Below the pieces are notes generated by a model, which saw nothing but the letters and a program-made list of their open reading frames with translations, had not been told where the DNA came from and searched no databases. The position numbers and the translations under genes were made by a program. A stretch of DNA of 64,000 nucleotides. Source: Azolla caroliniana (Eukaryota; Plantae; Polypodiophyta). Positions within the stretch are counted from its first letter, which is position 1; the number at the start of each line of letters is the position of its first letter. Of the stretch, positions 12,201 through 26,900 are shown in pieces. The stretch spans positions 17,484,001-17,548,000 of the forward strand of contig JBHGNT010000008.1 in assembly GCA_043228905.1 (NCBI GenBank), given 5' to 3'.

Positions 12201-14363
12201 GTTTAATGCAGAAGCCCTGGCATCCCTCCCCTCCCTGGGCCTGTCCATCGCTGGCCATCTTTGAAGCATGGGAAGAGAAAGACCTGGCAACCCAATTGGA
12301 GATTATGTCTCACCTTGAAGATCAACAGGCTGACACAATACGGAAATTTGAACCATCACGTGAAAATGTGGATTAAACTACAAAATCAATTCAAACCAAA
12401 AAACCAATGGAAATCAACTTATGATAATACACTATATTAAACTTGAAAAATGAAAAATGATGCCTGAATGATCGAATTCATAAATAGATGGAATACGAAA
12501 CTCGATGATTACTTTACAACAAGCTTCCACATTAATAATTAACTCCAACTGTTGTTACTACTCAGCGCTTTGCAGAATTCCTAGACTAACTTCTTCATTA
12601 CACAAATTTCAAATCAAAATGTAAATCCCAAAACGACGTATAACAAGAAAATGCAATGAGAAAAATGTACCCAACATCAGAACAAATGAACGATGACAGC
12701 TTACAAGATGTAACCACAACTTGACTATAACTCAAGACTCCCTCCAGGACGCACCAAAAACTAATGCAACAACAAAAACTTACGAAAAAACAAACCATCA
12801 CAATATTAGATCAAACCTAAAGTTCGTGTACTACATCTAATACTCAATTTTTGAAACTAACACAAAGAAACAACAAAGTTCTTTGGATGAATCCTAGAAA
12901 TGATGAAAATTGAGCCCTCATATAGAAGATTGCATAGCTTTGAGTAGTCACAATGCTCTACAACCGACGTCTTTGAAGAACAATCAAACGACACGAACTG
13001 GAACTCCTGCCGCACAACCATATCGTCAACCATCTCATACAACTCTTTAACAAACTATAGCCTTCAAAATCCCCACATTGATATGAAAAGTTATTGTTCA
13101 TCACATTCTCCCTCTTATTTCTCTTCACAAGAACAAAAGTTGTTTAGGACTTCTTCCTCTTCATCTCCTTCAACTTCGAAAACTAGTTCACACTTGCAAA
13201 TAATGATACCTACTATCTCAGTCTCCTCATCTTCTCATCATGAACCTTTGTTCGATTTGTAGTACTATCATGCATGTGGAAAGGGACAGATGATAATTAC
13301 CAGGTCACTAAGCATTCAAGCACATCCAACTTGAGATGTTTTGATCTAGACTCTTTTCACATAAATTGATTTATGTAAACGAGTTGCAAGAATCTCTAAA
13401 GCTAAATATAGAGAGGCGAACAGTTCGACAAGGGTTGGGGTGAAACGACTTGAGACATTCCATATATGTATCTTGAAACAACTCTATTCTTCGCAGAAGG
13501 ATTATAATGATCTGTGACAACGAGCACATGGGTAGAGGTGAAGTGGTTATTAATTGAGTGTGAATCAATCAATCATGTGTCGTTTAACAAGCTACCATCA
13601 TAAGCTTGCAACTCATAATACACATATGACAATTGATCAATGTATAGTCCAATGCCATATGAGAATATACTTTGTGCTCCAAAGCATTGTAAAGGACACA
13701 TCCATAATTGCAACTACACATGCAAGAAAATAATTGATGAGAGTTTCTCGTCTCACATGTGGGGTGCGATCGTTGATGCAATAGAACTTGTTTGGTGGGA
13801 TAATATGATTTCAAAACCAACGGCGTGTAGAATTTTGGGTAGCATCAACGTGTTTATAGTGGTGCCCCCCTCCCCTCTCTCTCGGATACGTACATACTAG
13901 AAACTGTACGGTAATAATCTAGAATCAAAGTCAAGAGTCACACTATGACGTCATGAAGAAAAAAGAGAGAAGATGTCGTCTTCCTTCTTCCATGATAAAG
14001 AACTCGCTCAATTCTTTTCCTTTTTCTCCCCAATTTTCCTTTTACTTTTTCCTTCGCCATTGCTTTTACTTTTTCTTCATCATCTCGCGACGTTTGGTAC
14101 ATCCCCATCCTTTAGCCAAAAATCAACAGCGCGTGGCCGTTGGTCTACAGCGTAGACGGCACGACACACAGACAGAGAGTGAGTGTCTTGTCTATATATA
14201 ATATATAGGACAGGAGCTCTATCCAACCAACGCATATACCTACTCTCTCTTTAATCACACCAACTCTTCCAACCTCTCTCTAAATCTCTGCAATCGCATA
14301 TCGCATAGCCTAGAGCATATAATCAAAGTTACAACACTACTCCTATTATTCCTTTTCTTAGAC

Positions 14364-15098
14364 ATGGCTTCTTCCCTGCCCTCCTCTTCTACTATATTGC
14401 TAATCCTCCTCAGCCTTGTTGTCGCTTTATGTATCACAGCTCCAGGACAGCTTGTGGGCGCAGCGGACGAGGACCCGCTCCAAGATTTCTGTGTGGCCGA
14501 TGCCAATACAGCTGCACCCATCACCATCAATGGCCGCACCTGCAAGCCAGCCGACAAAGTCACAGCCCAGGACTTCACATCCACACTGCTGCGATCACCA
14601 CCATCCACTTATGATTCCTCTTATACTAATGGCAGTAAGGCGGCCAATGTTACCCTTGCGTCTGTAGCCAACTTCGCCGGCCTCAACACTCTGGGCCTAT
14701 CCATCGCTCGCATCGACTTCCCGCCCAACGGTGGTCTAAACCCACCCCATGTCCACCCGCGTGCTACGGAGGTGCTCTATCTGGTGCAGGGCACGCTCAC
14801 CGTCGGTTTCGTCTCCACCGCCCCCAACAACACCCTCTTCCAGGCCACGCTCTACCCCGGAGATCTCTTCGTCTTCCCCCGCGGCCTCGCCCACTTCCAG
14901 ATCAACCTGGACAAGAAGAATCGTGCGCTGGCCATTGCGGCCCTGAACAGCCAGAATCCAGGGGTGTCTCAGCTTGCTGTGGCCCTCTTTGCTGCTAACC
15001 CACCACTGCCCGGCACAGTGCTTCAGAATACGTTCGGCATCGGCCAGTCTGAAGTGGATGCCCTCACGGCCAGCGTGAAGAAGGCTACCGTAGCTTGA
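14364..15098 (+). CDS. germin-like protein (cupin), intronless, 244 aa, secreted
   Basis: Signal peptide; box A QDFCVAD; box B GLNPPHVHPRATE; box C FVFPRGLAHFQ; LNSQNPG. TATA at 14193-14201. Confidence 0.97.
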   Translation: MASSLPSSSTILLILLSLVVALCITAPGQLVGAADEDPLQDFCVADANTAAPITINGRTCKPADKVTAQDFTSTLLRSPPSTYDSSYTNGSKAANVTLASVANFAGLNTLGLSIARIDFPPNGGLNPPHVHPRATEVLYLVQGTLTVGFVSTAPNNTLFQATLYPGDLFVFPRGLAHFQINLDKKNRALAIAALNSQNPGVSQLAVALFAANPPLPGTVLQNTFGIGQSEVDALTASVKKATVA

Positions 15099-15280
15099 AT
15101 ACCTGTAGTCTAGTATGAACGTACAATATAGCAAATAAACCTCATCATCCTTATACCATCGACCTATGTAGCTATCTATCTGTCCGCTGGAATGAATTCG
15201 ATTTAATAATATATATATTGTGCTCACAATAATCACTTCGTAATCTTCCGTTATAAATGGTCAAATCATTCATTATGTAT

Positions 15281-15282
<2 letters not shown>

Positions 15283-15327
<45 letters not shown>

Positions 15328-15342
15328 CAAACAAACAAACAA
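15283..15342. repeat. (CT)n + (CAAA)n microsatellite in the GLP 3' flank
   Basis: Visible repeats; the orthologous (CT)n is at 63789-63839. Confidence 0.9.
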
Positions 15343-16385
15343 AGTACATATGGTAACACGTGTATGCCAAAAACACTACAATCGCAATATGGCCGTAATC
15401 GAGACAATAATATCTGCAAACCTGCAGATGCTCTAGTTGTAATTGCATGTCGAGGTATGTGACACAGATTATGGATAAACAAAGAATAAAGCCAACTTAC
15501 ACAATATGTGCACGTGATAGACACTATGCGTATGAGTAAAAATACGACAATAAATGGATCATGTATTTTCCCACAAAATTCTGTTCAACCTGACCGGTCC
15601 GTCTATTTGTGAGGCAGAACAAGATCACAATGTACTCAAAATGGTTGTACCATAGAAATTGGAAAAAAAAAAATCCACTTGAGAGCAGGCTTGATTGGGA
15701 CTAGGTTATCAGCTCCTTGAATGTTGACTTTAGTCTATAATCGCTTGAGAAGTTCTTGGAGCAATCAATGTTAAGAAAGAAAGATTACTAACTGTTTCTT
15801 GGTTAGGTTGTGGTAATATACATGTATTCACAATGTCAATCCATCTTCTTTTTCGTGAATAAAGGAAAAAATAGGTGCCCCTCTCAAAGATTTTGAATGG
15901 TGTATGGAGCCTTATTCAAAAATCTCATCAATTTATCCTGGAAGGGCTTTGGGTTGTTAGGAATATGGGACTAAATCAAGATAAGCTTGGATTACCAACA
16001 CAATTAACAATAGATGAAACCACAAGACAGAAAATCAGAGTACACCAAAAAAACCACAATTTGACGAGTGTCATTCTCGTTAAAGGTCATTTTGCCCGAC
16101 AAAAAATATACACCAAATAAAAATGTCCATCAAGTGACATATAAAGTTTAAATTTTCATTTTCATGTCAAAGGCCCATAAAAATTATACATGTTAAATGA
16201 CTTGCTCAAATTTTATATTCCATGTCATATATATTATATATATATATGTCACCTTTGTCCAACATGTCATTGCTGCCTTAAAGAATCGTTTCCCAAATGT
16301 TACATTTTTCAATGTTGTCAAGTTGTTTAATCCATCTTTATATCCCATTGAGGAAAATGAAAGATAGAAAAAGACGAAGGAATGG

Positions 16386-16799
16386 TTGCACAAACTTATT
16401 GGGAATCTTAATATCGAGAACCAAATTGTTGGCGTGAAAAGATGCTTCAATGAACGCGACAATTTTGTTGGTATGCTTGTAAGAATTGCTAAAGGAAGAG
16501 GAATGCATAATGCATGGGATATTTGTAGCAAACCACGATCTTGGTGGCAATTATTTCAGGGTATAATGCAATTGTCACAACTATGTATGACTATGCCCAT
16601 TAGTACAATTGTATGTGAACGGGGCTTTTCACGTCAAAATATCATAAAAAAAGATATTAGAAATGGTTTATATTTGGAAACTTTAGATGCTTTGATGTTT
16701 ATATCCTTAAATGCTCAAGAGACATCTAACATTTGTTGGTGCGATATATTTAACCTTTGGTTTTAAGAAAAAGAGAGAAGGATGGTATCATTGAAGTAG
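16386..16799 (+). pseudogene. hAT transposase C-terminal dimerization domain relic
   Basis: WW...LSQLCMTMPISTIVCERGFSRQNIIK...RNGL..ETLDALM. Confidence 0.8.
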
Positions 16800-17402
16800 A
16801 CACATATTGCACAATGCTTAGTATGACGAGTCATGGTATGATAAGCATTTTTGTATGATTTTGGGCTTTACGGAATATATTATGATTAATAAGTATTCAA
16901 TGTGTATAATTTTCACTTTGCAAGAATAGATTATGATTATTGATACATATCTTGTTTGCGCTTTGGCTTAAAAACATTAAAACGATATTTATTTTTTGTA
17001 TTTTTATTATCTTTTCGAGTTAGTTATGCTGATATGTTATCTGTATCTTTTTGTACTTTGAAATGTATAACAATGTAGCAATGAAATGTATAACAATCCT
17101 AATGTGCAATCTATATGGTGATATTTGACTTTAGAAGACAATAATAAAATGTGGTTATAACTTATATCTGTTGCTCATTGAATGTGCACACGTCAATCAT
17201 AAACTACAGTAGTATGTCAGCAACAAGGGAGGCCTGTGGCTGTCTTATTCAATGCAAGTACAACCACGATGTTCATTCATAAACCACAATTACCAATGGT
17301 AGACGATCCCCAATCAAGACTGCTGTAATCATTTATTCAGTGGATAGATGGTGCGTATATGATGATGCTCATCATGCTATATGACATTTGAGCCACCTTA
17401 GC

Positions 17403-18113
17403 TCAACCCACCGTAGCCTCCACACTGGCGGTGAGGGCATCCACTTCAGACTGGTCAATGCCGAACGTGTTCTGAAGCACGATGCCTGGCAATGGTGGCT
17501 CGGCGGCAAACAGGGCGGCCGCAAGCTGAGAGACCCCTGGATTCTGGCTGTTCAGGGCAGAGATGGCTAACGCTTCAATCTTCTCGTCGGGGTTGATCTG
17601 GAAGTGGGGGAGGCCACGGGGGAATACGAAGAGATCGCCCGCATACAGTGTGGCCTGGAAGAGGGTGTTGTTGGTGGAGATGAAGCCGACAGTGAGCGTG
17701 CCCTGAGCTAGCAACAGCACTTCGGTGGCACGGGGGTGGACGTGGGGAGGGTTGAGTCCCTTTGGCGGGAAGTCGATGCGAGCGATGGACAGGCCCAGCG
17801 TGTTGAGCCCTGGGAAGTTGTCGACAGAGGCGAGGGTCACGATCGCCTGCATGCCATTGTTGGGCCCAGGATCTGCGGCAGATGATCGCAGCACGGTGGA
17901 CGTGAAGTCCTCGGCTGTGACTTTGTAAGAGGGCTTGCATGTGCGCCCATTGATGGTGATGGCCGTATAACCATCATCATCATCATTGGCCACACAAAAA
18001 TCTTGCAACGGATCCTCATCTGCTGCGCCCGCAAGCTGTCCTGGAGCTGTGACACATAAAGCTACAAATAGAAGCCTGAGAGCTAGCAATACTGAATTGG
18101 GGAGGGAAGCCAT
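17403..18113 (-). CDS. germin-like protein (cupin), intronless, 236 aa, secreted
   Basis: ATG at 18113 aligns with the start of the first GLP (MASLP...); QDFCVA, GLNPPHVHPRATE and FVFPRGLPHFQ are intact. Confidence 0.96.
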   Translation of the reverse strand: MASLPNSVLLALRLLFVALCVTAPGQLAGAADEDPLQDFCVANDDDDGYTAITINGRTCKPSYKVTAEDFTSTVLRSSAADPGPNNGMQAIVTLASVDNFPGLNTLGLSIARIDFPPKGLNPPHVHPRATEVLLLAQGTLTVGFISTNNTLFQATLYAGDLFVFPRGLPHFQINPDEKIEALAISALNSQNPGVSQLAAALFAAEPPLPGIVLQNTFGIDQSEVDALTASVEATVG

Positions 18114-18401
18114 ATCCTCACTTTCTCGGATAATAGGAGCAATGTGTTGTATATGCACTAAGCTATGCTATGCTATGGCAGAGATGGAGAGCGAGAGGAG
18201 TGGAAGGGTTTGCTGGGGGAGTGTGAGAGATAGAGAGAGTGTAATGGTGGATGATGGACGAGGAGGTTAGGAGATGTATATATATACGTATTTGTATTTC
18301 TTGAGTGCCGTATACTCTTGTATTTCTTGAGTGTCTGTGTTTCTGTAGCGATGGGGGTGGGTGGGTGCGTACTTGTTTGCTTACTTCGTCCGGAATCTAA
18401 G

Positions 18402-18438
<37 letters not shown>

Positions 18439-19496
18439 GTGTGGCCGAACTTCTAAGTGTGTGTCTCTGTCTCCGTCTCTTGAGATGCTTCTTATCAATG
18501 GTGGACCAAAATGTTTTCTCAGATATTCTACCATTTTTTGGGCAGCTCTCTTGACAACATTCAAGAGGAGCCTTTTCGTGGTGTATCGGATGCTTTACAT
18601 GTAATACTTGTGAATTTGTAAGCTTAAGGCATCTATAGTGTATTGGTTATGTCGACGAGTGGTGTGTGGGTGAGGTGTGTACTTGCTTGCCGGCTTGCTA
18701 ACCACTGTACATTGATTCCTAATGCATGCCCCTACATTCCACTACGAAGAATACACAATCTCACCCTCATCATTTTATAGATCCCATCAGACTATGTATG
18801 GAGCATGTAACCTAGTTTTTTTACTTTTCACATTATAAGATAGAACTTGAACGTCCTCTTCAATTATAGTAAATACATCTAACATGCATGGCTCTCGGCT
18901 ATAATTGCATTCAATGTCACAAACGCAGGCAATATCTTTCAACATATAAGTGGCCTCTACAAATTACCTAAATGCACATGTTCAACTATCAGGATGTCTA
19001 TCAAAATTGGGTTGTCTACCTACCAATTATTGGAAAGTTTGATTCTTCTCCCACAATGGGCACCACCAATATTGTTCCATCAAGGTTGTGGTAAATGACA
19101 TTATCAAGGTTGTGGAAAATATGCGTTACCACCCATCCGCCCCCGCGCCAGAGTCGACAGCGCAGATGAGGAATCCCGATCTGTCCCATACCAGCCAGGA
19201 TCTCCACGTTAGGACCTTGGTAGATGACTAGTCCACATCAAAGAGAGCTTCGTTTGAACCACTCATGGGGCCTCTCCCTTAACTAAGGAGAGTCTCCCCT
19301 ATTTATAGGCCCTAGGCCATGTAGTGACATCTACCTGACAAATCATGTGCGGGGTACCTTATGACACACATTAGGTTAGTCCAATAAAGCCGACGACTCA
19401 GATATTACAGTATGATAGCCCCCAAATAAGCAAATCTAAAACAATGAACATTACATACTCCCCCCCTCCATTTAATTGCACTCTTGCAATGGGAAG

Positions 19497-22400
19497 TTAT
19501 TGAAAATGTTTGCGTAATGTCTCTTCAGTTTCCCACATGTTATCTTCTTCCAATCTATCCTTCCACTTAACCTTATAGCGATGAACAACCTTTGACCTTA
19601 GGTTTCTAGACCTATGGTCGAGGATTTTCTCAGGTTCATGTGGAGCAAAATGATCATCCTCCAATGTCGATAAATTAGACGGTGTTACAACATTATCATC
19701 ATAACCAATTGCCTCCTTTAATCGACTCACGTGGAATACGGGATGAACCATAACAATGGAAGGCAAATCCAAACGATAAGCATTGGGACCTATACATTTT
19801 AAAACTTTATATGGTCCACAATACTGTGGGGCTAATTTTGTACACGGTCTTGTTCTCAATGTTTCTGAGTCCTTAGGAATTCGTAGAAAAACTTGTTGTC
19901 CTACATGAAATTCCCTCGGTTTTCTATCATGATTCGCATAAAAGACATTTCTGTCTCGTGCCATCTTAAGGTTTTCTTCTGCCAATTTATGTGCTTCAAG
20001 CATATCAGAGAGAAAATCCTTTGTACTATCCAGAGTATGCGAATCAAACGAAACATCAATAGGAGGACGTGGTGTATAACCATACATCAACATTTAGCGT
20101 TGTTGTAGGCAAATTCCACCATAGGAAGGTAAGTCTCCCATAATGAGGGTTTCTGCGCTACATATACTCTCAACATATCCTGTAATATCTGATTCACTCT
20201 CTCAGTCTGCCCATCTGACTGAGGATGATCAGAAGAACTGAGACTCAAAGTTGTTTGCAATTTCTACATAACCTCTGACCAAAATGTACTTGTAAACTTG
20301 GAGTCTCGATCACTTACAATCTCCATCGGTAGACCATATAAGCTATAAAGATGTTTAATAAACTTAATAGCCAATTGCTTTGTGGTAATTGTGGATTTCG
20401 TTGGAATGAATTTTGCCATCTTGGTAAGCCGATCAACAACCACCCAAATGGCATTATTTCCCTCCATGGAACGAGGTAATCCAACTATGAAATCCATGGA
20501 TATACTTTGCCACTTTTCAGCTGGAATATCGAGAGGTTGCAATAAGCCAGCTTTTTTTTGTCGCTCGGCCTTAATGACCTGACAATGTGGACAACGAATA
20601 ACATAGGACTCTACCTCAGCTTTCATTTTTTACCAAAAAAACTTAGCTTTAATCAAAGCTAATGTTCTTTGCACACCTCGATGTCCAGCAAAAGGGGCAT
20701 CATGACATTCATATAGAATTTTATTCTTTATGTCCTTTACATGTGGTATGCAAACCTTACTATTGCGGTACAATAACCCATTCGCAACATAGTAAAGGTT
20801 CTTCGGGGTAGATGTGGTTCCAATATCGACGTCAATACCTGTTTCGGCTCTCTTCCAGAACTTCGAAAATGTTCTGTCATCAAGGTATTTTTGTTTACCC
20901 CGGATCAAATCAAATAAGTCGTCGTTAAATTCCACGAAACTTAGGGCATTAATTTCTAGAATACGACTCAGGGCATCTACAACGGAATTCAAAGCCCCTT
21001 TTCGATATCTAATTTCGAAATCAAAGTCTTGCATCAAGTCCGCCCATCTTGCCTTTCGACCCTCAAAATTCTTTTGAGAGAGGAAGTATTGCAAGGATTT
21101 CTGATCCGTTAAAACAGTAAATTTACTACCATACAAATAATGTCGCCATTTCTTTAAGGCGTAAATGATAACAAATAATTCTTTTTCTTGAACCGAGTAA
21201 TTTCTTTGGGCCGAATCCAATTTTTTGCTTTCAAAAGCAATCAGTCTCCCAATTTGAAATAATGCAGCCCCAATAGCATAATCACTTGCATCCGTCTCAA
21301 CTTCAAATGTTTGATTAGGATCAGGTATAGTTAAAGTAGGTGCATTGACAATTAACGACTTCAACTTATTGAAGGTTTCTTCAAGAGAGGCATTCCACTC
21401 AATAGGTTTAGTGGACTTTCTTGTAATACCCTTCAACAAGTCCGTAAATGGTGCAGTGTAGGATGAATAGTTTTGAAGAGATCTTCTTAGAAATCCAACA
21501 AATCCTAAGAAAGATCGTAGCTCCTTAACATTTGAAGGTCGTGGCCAATTTAATACCGCTTCTATCTTAGATTTATCGATAGACACACCCGACCTAGATA
21601 TGTGGTGTCCAAGATACGTGATTTCCTTTTGAAAGAAATCACATTTAGATAGTTTGGCAAATAGCTTGTATTCACAAAGCTTGTCCAAAATTATTCGGAC
21701 ATGATGCACATGATCGTCAAATGTATTACTATATACCATGATTTCATCAAGGAATACGACCACGAAATCACCAATCTGATCTTTGAATATATCATTCATC
21801 AATTGCTGGAATGTGGCTAGAGCATCCGTCAACCCAAATGGTAGAACCCGAAACTCATAATGACCATAACGGGTTCGGAAAGCTATTTTGGAAACATGTT
21901 CTTCCGAAACCCTGATCTGATGATAGCCAGTGCGCAAGTCTATCTTAGGAAAATATCTTGCACTTTGGAGTCTATCTATCAAGTCATCAAAACGAGGCAA
22001 AGGGTAGGAATTGCGAATGGTGAGTTTATTCAAACCTTTGTAATTCACACACATTTGCCATTGAGTTCCATCCTTCTTCTTGGCTAAGATAATAGGAGCT
22101 CCCCATGGCGATTTACTGTACCGGATATGTCCCATCCTCAAGTACTCCTTGATTTGTAAGGTAATTTCATCCTCTTCGGTTCGACTCAACCAATATGGGG
22201 GTATGCTCACAGGTTTAGCGCCTGGAACCAAGTTTATCTTATGATCTATAGATTGAGAAGGAGGTAGCCCTTGAGGTAATTTATTCGGGAATATCTCCTT
22301 AAAATTCGACAAGATGTCATGTAGAGCCTCTTTCTCAAAATCATCCAATGAACTCTTATCTATAAATTGATACAGAGGATCATTGGGCTCTAATATACAT

Positions 22401-22908
22401 GCATAAAATTGTGCATCAACATTTTGATCATAACCATAAAGAGGATTAACATACATTAAATTGTTTATCGCAATCCCATGAATAAAAACTTGTTGGTTGT
22501 TATTTACTTCAAAAGAAATAGTATGATTCGGCCATCGATATAAAGAATATGTCTATTATAAAACCATATGTAACCAAGAACTACATCTACCATTCGCAAA
22601 CGCATTACATGAAAAGTCAACTTTTCAATGTAGTTATTTATTACTAGGGGTACACCATGTGCAATCAATGAATGCCTTTGAACATGGCCTCCCGCAGTAA
22701 GGACTTTGTAGTCGTGGTCAGTTTTGGTTTTTATTCGTAACATCTGCACCATATTAGAGTCAAGAAAATTATGAGTGCTACCACAGTCAAATAGTATAGT
22801 TACACTATGATTGTGGATAGTCCCATAAGTTTTAAGTAAATCGTGTGGTCCAAGAATATTTTTCTGTAATGCAATAGAACTAACAGAATTCAAATAATTC
22901 AAGAACAT
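19497..22908 (-). pseudogene. pol fragments (protease, RT, RNase H, integrase, chromodomain)
   Basis: LFDCGSTHNF; IDLRTGYHQ; FLDEI; TDASDYAIG; SMDFI/SDRD; EPEKILDHR...YKVKWK...W. Confidence 0.93.
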
Positions 22909-22915
22909 ACTTGGA

Positions 22916-23963
22916 TTATTTGGAAGTTGATGGCTTTCTTTGCGGATTGTTGGAGTTACCGCTCTCCTTTCTCCGCCTATACTCGTTGGCTTTATGCCCA
23001 GGCTTCTTACAAAAGTTGCCGATTATTACTTGCCTTTTCGTATTGATGCCTTGACCTATCGGAGAAGGTTGGTATCTACGTTTACCGCTTTCTCCTTCTG
23101 ACTCTTTTGGTTGGTAACGAGCTTTTGTGTCAAACAGAATGCGGGCACATTCCATCGCTTCTCCCAAGGTCTTGGGTTGATGAGTGTGGATCTCATAATG
23201 AAAATCTTTATTATGGAAACTATTAATATATAATCCTATCAGTATTTCCTCATTAGATGCCGACAAAAGTCCATGCTTTGTTATCATGTCGCAGAAATAC
23301 TGATTGAATTGGTCAATAGTCCTACCCTTATCAGACAAGTGACACATATCTTGTATCACTTGAGAAGTTGTCTTGGGACAAACAAAGTCCATCCTAAGAG
23401 TCTTTTCAAAATGCCTCCCACGTTCCCGGTTTTCTATCCAACCGCTCCCACCATGAGTTTGCGGCACCGATCATCTCACGAACCGCCATATCGATCTTTT
23501 CAAAGTCATTCTAAATATTCTCGAGGCAAAAGTGAGCATTCCATCGGTTTATCCAACTACTCACAAACTCGTGGTTGCGTTGCTTATCCTTTCCGGAGAA
23601 CTGTTGAGGAGTAAATGAAGGCTTCTTCGTATTGCTTGATGTGGAAGCGTGTGCCTTTAGCTCCAAAATTTGTTGTTGAAGGTTTTCAAATTGATGCCTA
23701 TTGGCATCAAGAAGCCCTTCAAGTTTGGAGGAGAACGGAGTTGTGACCATTGTCATTGACTTGACAATATCATCTTGCGTTTTGCGGAAATCATCCCTTG
23801 TGACAAATTCGATATCGTCGTTAATATCCTCGTCATGGACTAGAGATATTGGTCGGTCGTCCTCATCTCGCATAGGAGAAATTGGATGACCTTGATGGGT
23901 TGGAGATGTGGGATGATGGTTGGGAGATGTGTGATGTGTGGAATTACAAGAGGAGGAAGCCAT
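22916..23963 (-). pseudogene. gag, frameshifted
   Basis: PQQFSGK...FVSSW, HQPKTLGEA and a degenerate knuckle NFCKKPGHKANEY. Confidence 0.75.
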
Positions 23964-26900
23964 GAAAAATAAGGAGAGTTGAGAGAGGAAGGAAATAAGT
24001 ATACTAAAGTCTAAAGTACTAAAGTATTATAAGACTTTAGAATTTGGTTGAGGGAGTGAAATATGATATATTATCATGAGAGATAATACTTATATACCTT
24101 TTTACATTCAAGTCGGTGAGGATAAAAGATCCCCCTATGATATATCCCATTTAGGAAATTATCCCCTTTTTATCTATTTTGATTCCTACATTAGACATTA
24201 GGAAATAAGACCCCCCTTTTTAGGAAGTTGGTGATGTGTAGTCGGTCACCACCTTTCTCAAGATAATCCCTCAAATTCTTCCAAACTAGGAAATTCTCCT
24301 TTTTTAGTTAAAGAAAATTCCTAGTTTAGGTTTTAGGAATAAACATCCCCCCTTTTTGGAAGTCGGTGGGAATAGCTTGTGATCCACGAGAATCACTGCT
24401 AACAAACAGGAGTGATGATCAAAACATCCCTTCAATCATCATCCCCCTATTCTTCCCATCCATCTCACAGTCATGCTTCCCTCTCAGAGAACTAATTTTT
24501 TCTCTTTATCTCTCTCCTTTACATCAATTAATAATTGATGATGATCTTATTCCTATAATCCTATAATCAACCATATATCACCCATATAATCCATCCATAA
24601 ACACTAATGATCTATTGTTTATCCATCCATCATCGCGTAATCAAAATGCACCCGTGGTAATGGATGATTATGGCCATTCGAATAAACCTTAAGGTCGATG
24701 ATCAATTGATTATCGCCAATCAACGATCATCACCCTAGTTCTATTGGCCAATTTTAATTAAATTGATTATGAATGATCATTATCCATATATATGATGATC
24801 ATCAATTATTTCCTGGAAAATTCGACGATCAAGCATCACCTATGGTATCTTAGGTGGCCGACCTCTAGAGTTACGATTTCCACACATAAGGCCGCCTCAT
24901 GGGCATAGCCATTAGATCAAGAGGGGTATACAAAAAATAAAATATAAATATATTTACGGTGAATTTATTTGAATAATTATATATTAAATATCTAAATATA
25001 TTAAAACAAACATATAACAATAATAACACTTTTTTAACCCCTTGATTATATTTATTTATTTTTGCATCAATGGATCAAACTCATAGCCTTTACTTTTAAG
25101 GTTAGAACAAGAATATACTAACCAACCCATCACATAAATCTTGTTGTGATAAGGTAACCTTAATACATTCATTATACATAACCCCCTACAATATACCGCA
25201 CATCAACATATCACTCCCACACGGAATCTCTATGACGTTTTTGACACTTCCCCAATCCATCATTTAACATACATTAGTACGTAAAAAAAAAAATACATAT
25301 TTTCCCGTCCTAAAGTACATAACGCGAATCCAATGAAACATTATTTTTTTAGGATTAAAACCGCTCTGATACCATATGTAATAACCAAGATCATTAATCC
25401 TAAAATAAAGATATAAATGACACAATCATATTGAAAATACGCGTTACCACCCATCCGCCCCTGCGCCAGAGTGGACAGGGCAAACGAGGAATCCCGATTT
25501 GTCCCATACCAGCCAGGATCTCCACGTCAAGACCTTGGTAGATGACTAGTCCACATCAAAGAGAGCTTCGTCTAAACCACTCATGGGGCCTCTCTCTCAA
25601 CTAAGGAGAGTCTCCCCTATTTATAGGAACTAGGCCATGTAATGACATCTACCTGACCAATCATGTGCGGGGTACCCTATGACACACATTAGGTCAGTCC
25701 AATAAAGCCGACGACTCAGATATTACAGTATGATAGCCCCCAAATAAGCATTTCTAAAACAATGAACATTACACATCCCTATGTCACAAATTTGAGTGTA
25801 ATTGGTTTGGTAAGGATTGTTCATGTTGTCTTAGAAGGGGTTGTTCAATCCAATTGATTGAAGAACCTTGTTGTAGGTGGTAGTGTTTATTGACTGCAAG
25901 ATATGAATTGTAATTTTGACCGAAAGTACCTTCTTAGCCTGCCAAAAACATGAGGAAGTGTTCCAACAATGTTGATGATGATTTTGTGAACGAAGTAGAC
26001 CCTACCTATGTTGGCCCTATTAGGAGTGTATTGGCAAGACCTACGGAATTCAAATTGTCAATATACACTAGGGTTAGAGACACATAATAAGTGGAACTTG
26101 TTTGATGAAACCATGTATAAGGTTCTAATTGCCATCAAGTTTATCATTAAATCCTACATTTGGGTCCAAACGAGAGGCCAGACTAAATTGTGCCTTTGGT
26201 TGTGTGCAACAGAAGGGCAATGTTCTTATAGGAAGGACTCACGAAGCACAACACTTTCCAATTGTAATTGATTAGTTTGCCATAATGTCAATAAGGTTCG
26301 TAATAGGGATCATGATGCTAGACGAAGTTCAAAATGGTAGGGATGTGAAATGACATCCAAAGTGTGAGATGAGTTGTGAATAAAATATCACAAAAGCACA
26401 AAAAAGGAGATACACGAGCAATGAGAAAGACAAGTAAATAGAATGGTTGGTTGTTGAGCTTCTTGAGAACAAAATTGTAAGAGGGCATGCTTTCTATAAA
26501 ATTATGTATGCAAACGATAGACCATTAATGACTGCCACCTTGCAACTCTCTACATCACGTGTCCATTGTTATCACATAATTAGGTGGAATCATTATAGAA
26601 TATGCTACCAATATAGCCTATTACATTTTAATGTGTAGCATATCCTCGATCGTGACAAAATCGTGTTGATATGTGAAACGGAATAGGCAAATTGTTAGTA
26701 AGGGACTCTAAAGCATTCAAGCATGTGCCCTCGCGTCTCGCATGTTATGTTCATAGCATTGCAACTCTCAAAACACATTTGAGAATTAGTCACATGTAGG
26801 ATGTGATCAATGTTGTGCTCGCAAATATCGTGCTGCACACATCCATATACATATTCGAAGAAAGGCACACATCTACTACAACAATAAATAACGATAATTC

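Larger units (their letters stand above)
19115..25773 (-). mobile_element. Ty3/gypsy chromovirus, tRNA-Met primed, decayed
   Basis: 5' LTR 25377-25773; PBS TGGTATCAGAGC at 25363-25374; PPT 19456-19469; 3' LTR 19115-19455, truncated at its outer end; gag-PR-RT-RH-INT-chromodomain ORF pieces. Confidence 0.93.

Noticed and set aside
14255-15236. Antisense and alternate-frame ORFs over GLP genes (also near 17.5 kb and 27.5 kb)
   Set aside because: Shadow ORFs caused by high GC at third codon positions.
18114-18158. 15-residue N-terminal extension of the second GLP
   Set aside because: The downstream ATG at 18113 aligns with the paralog's start and directly precedes the signal peptide.
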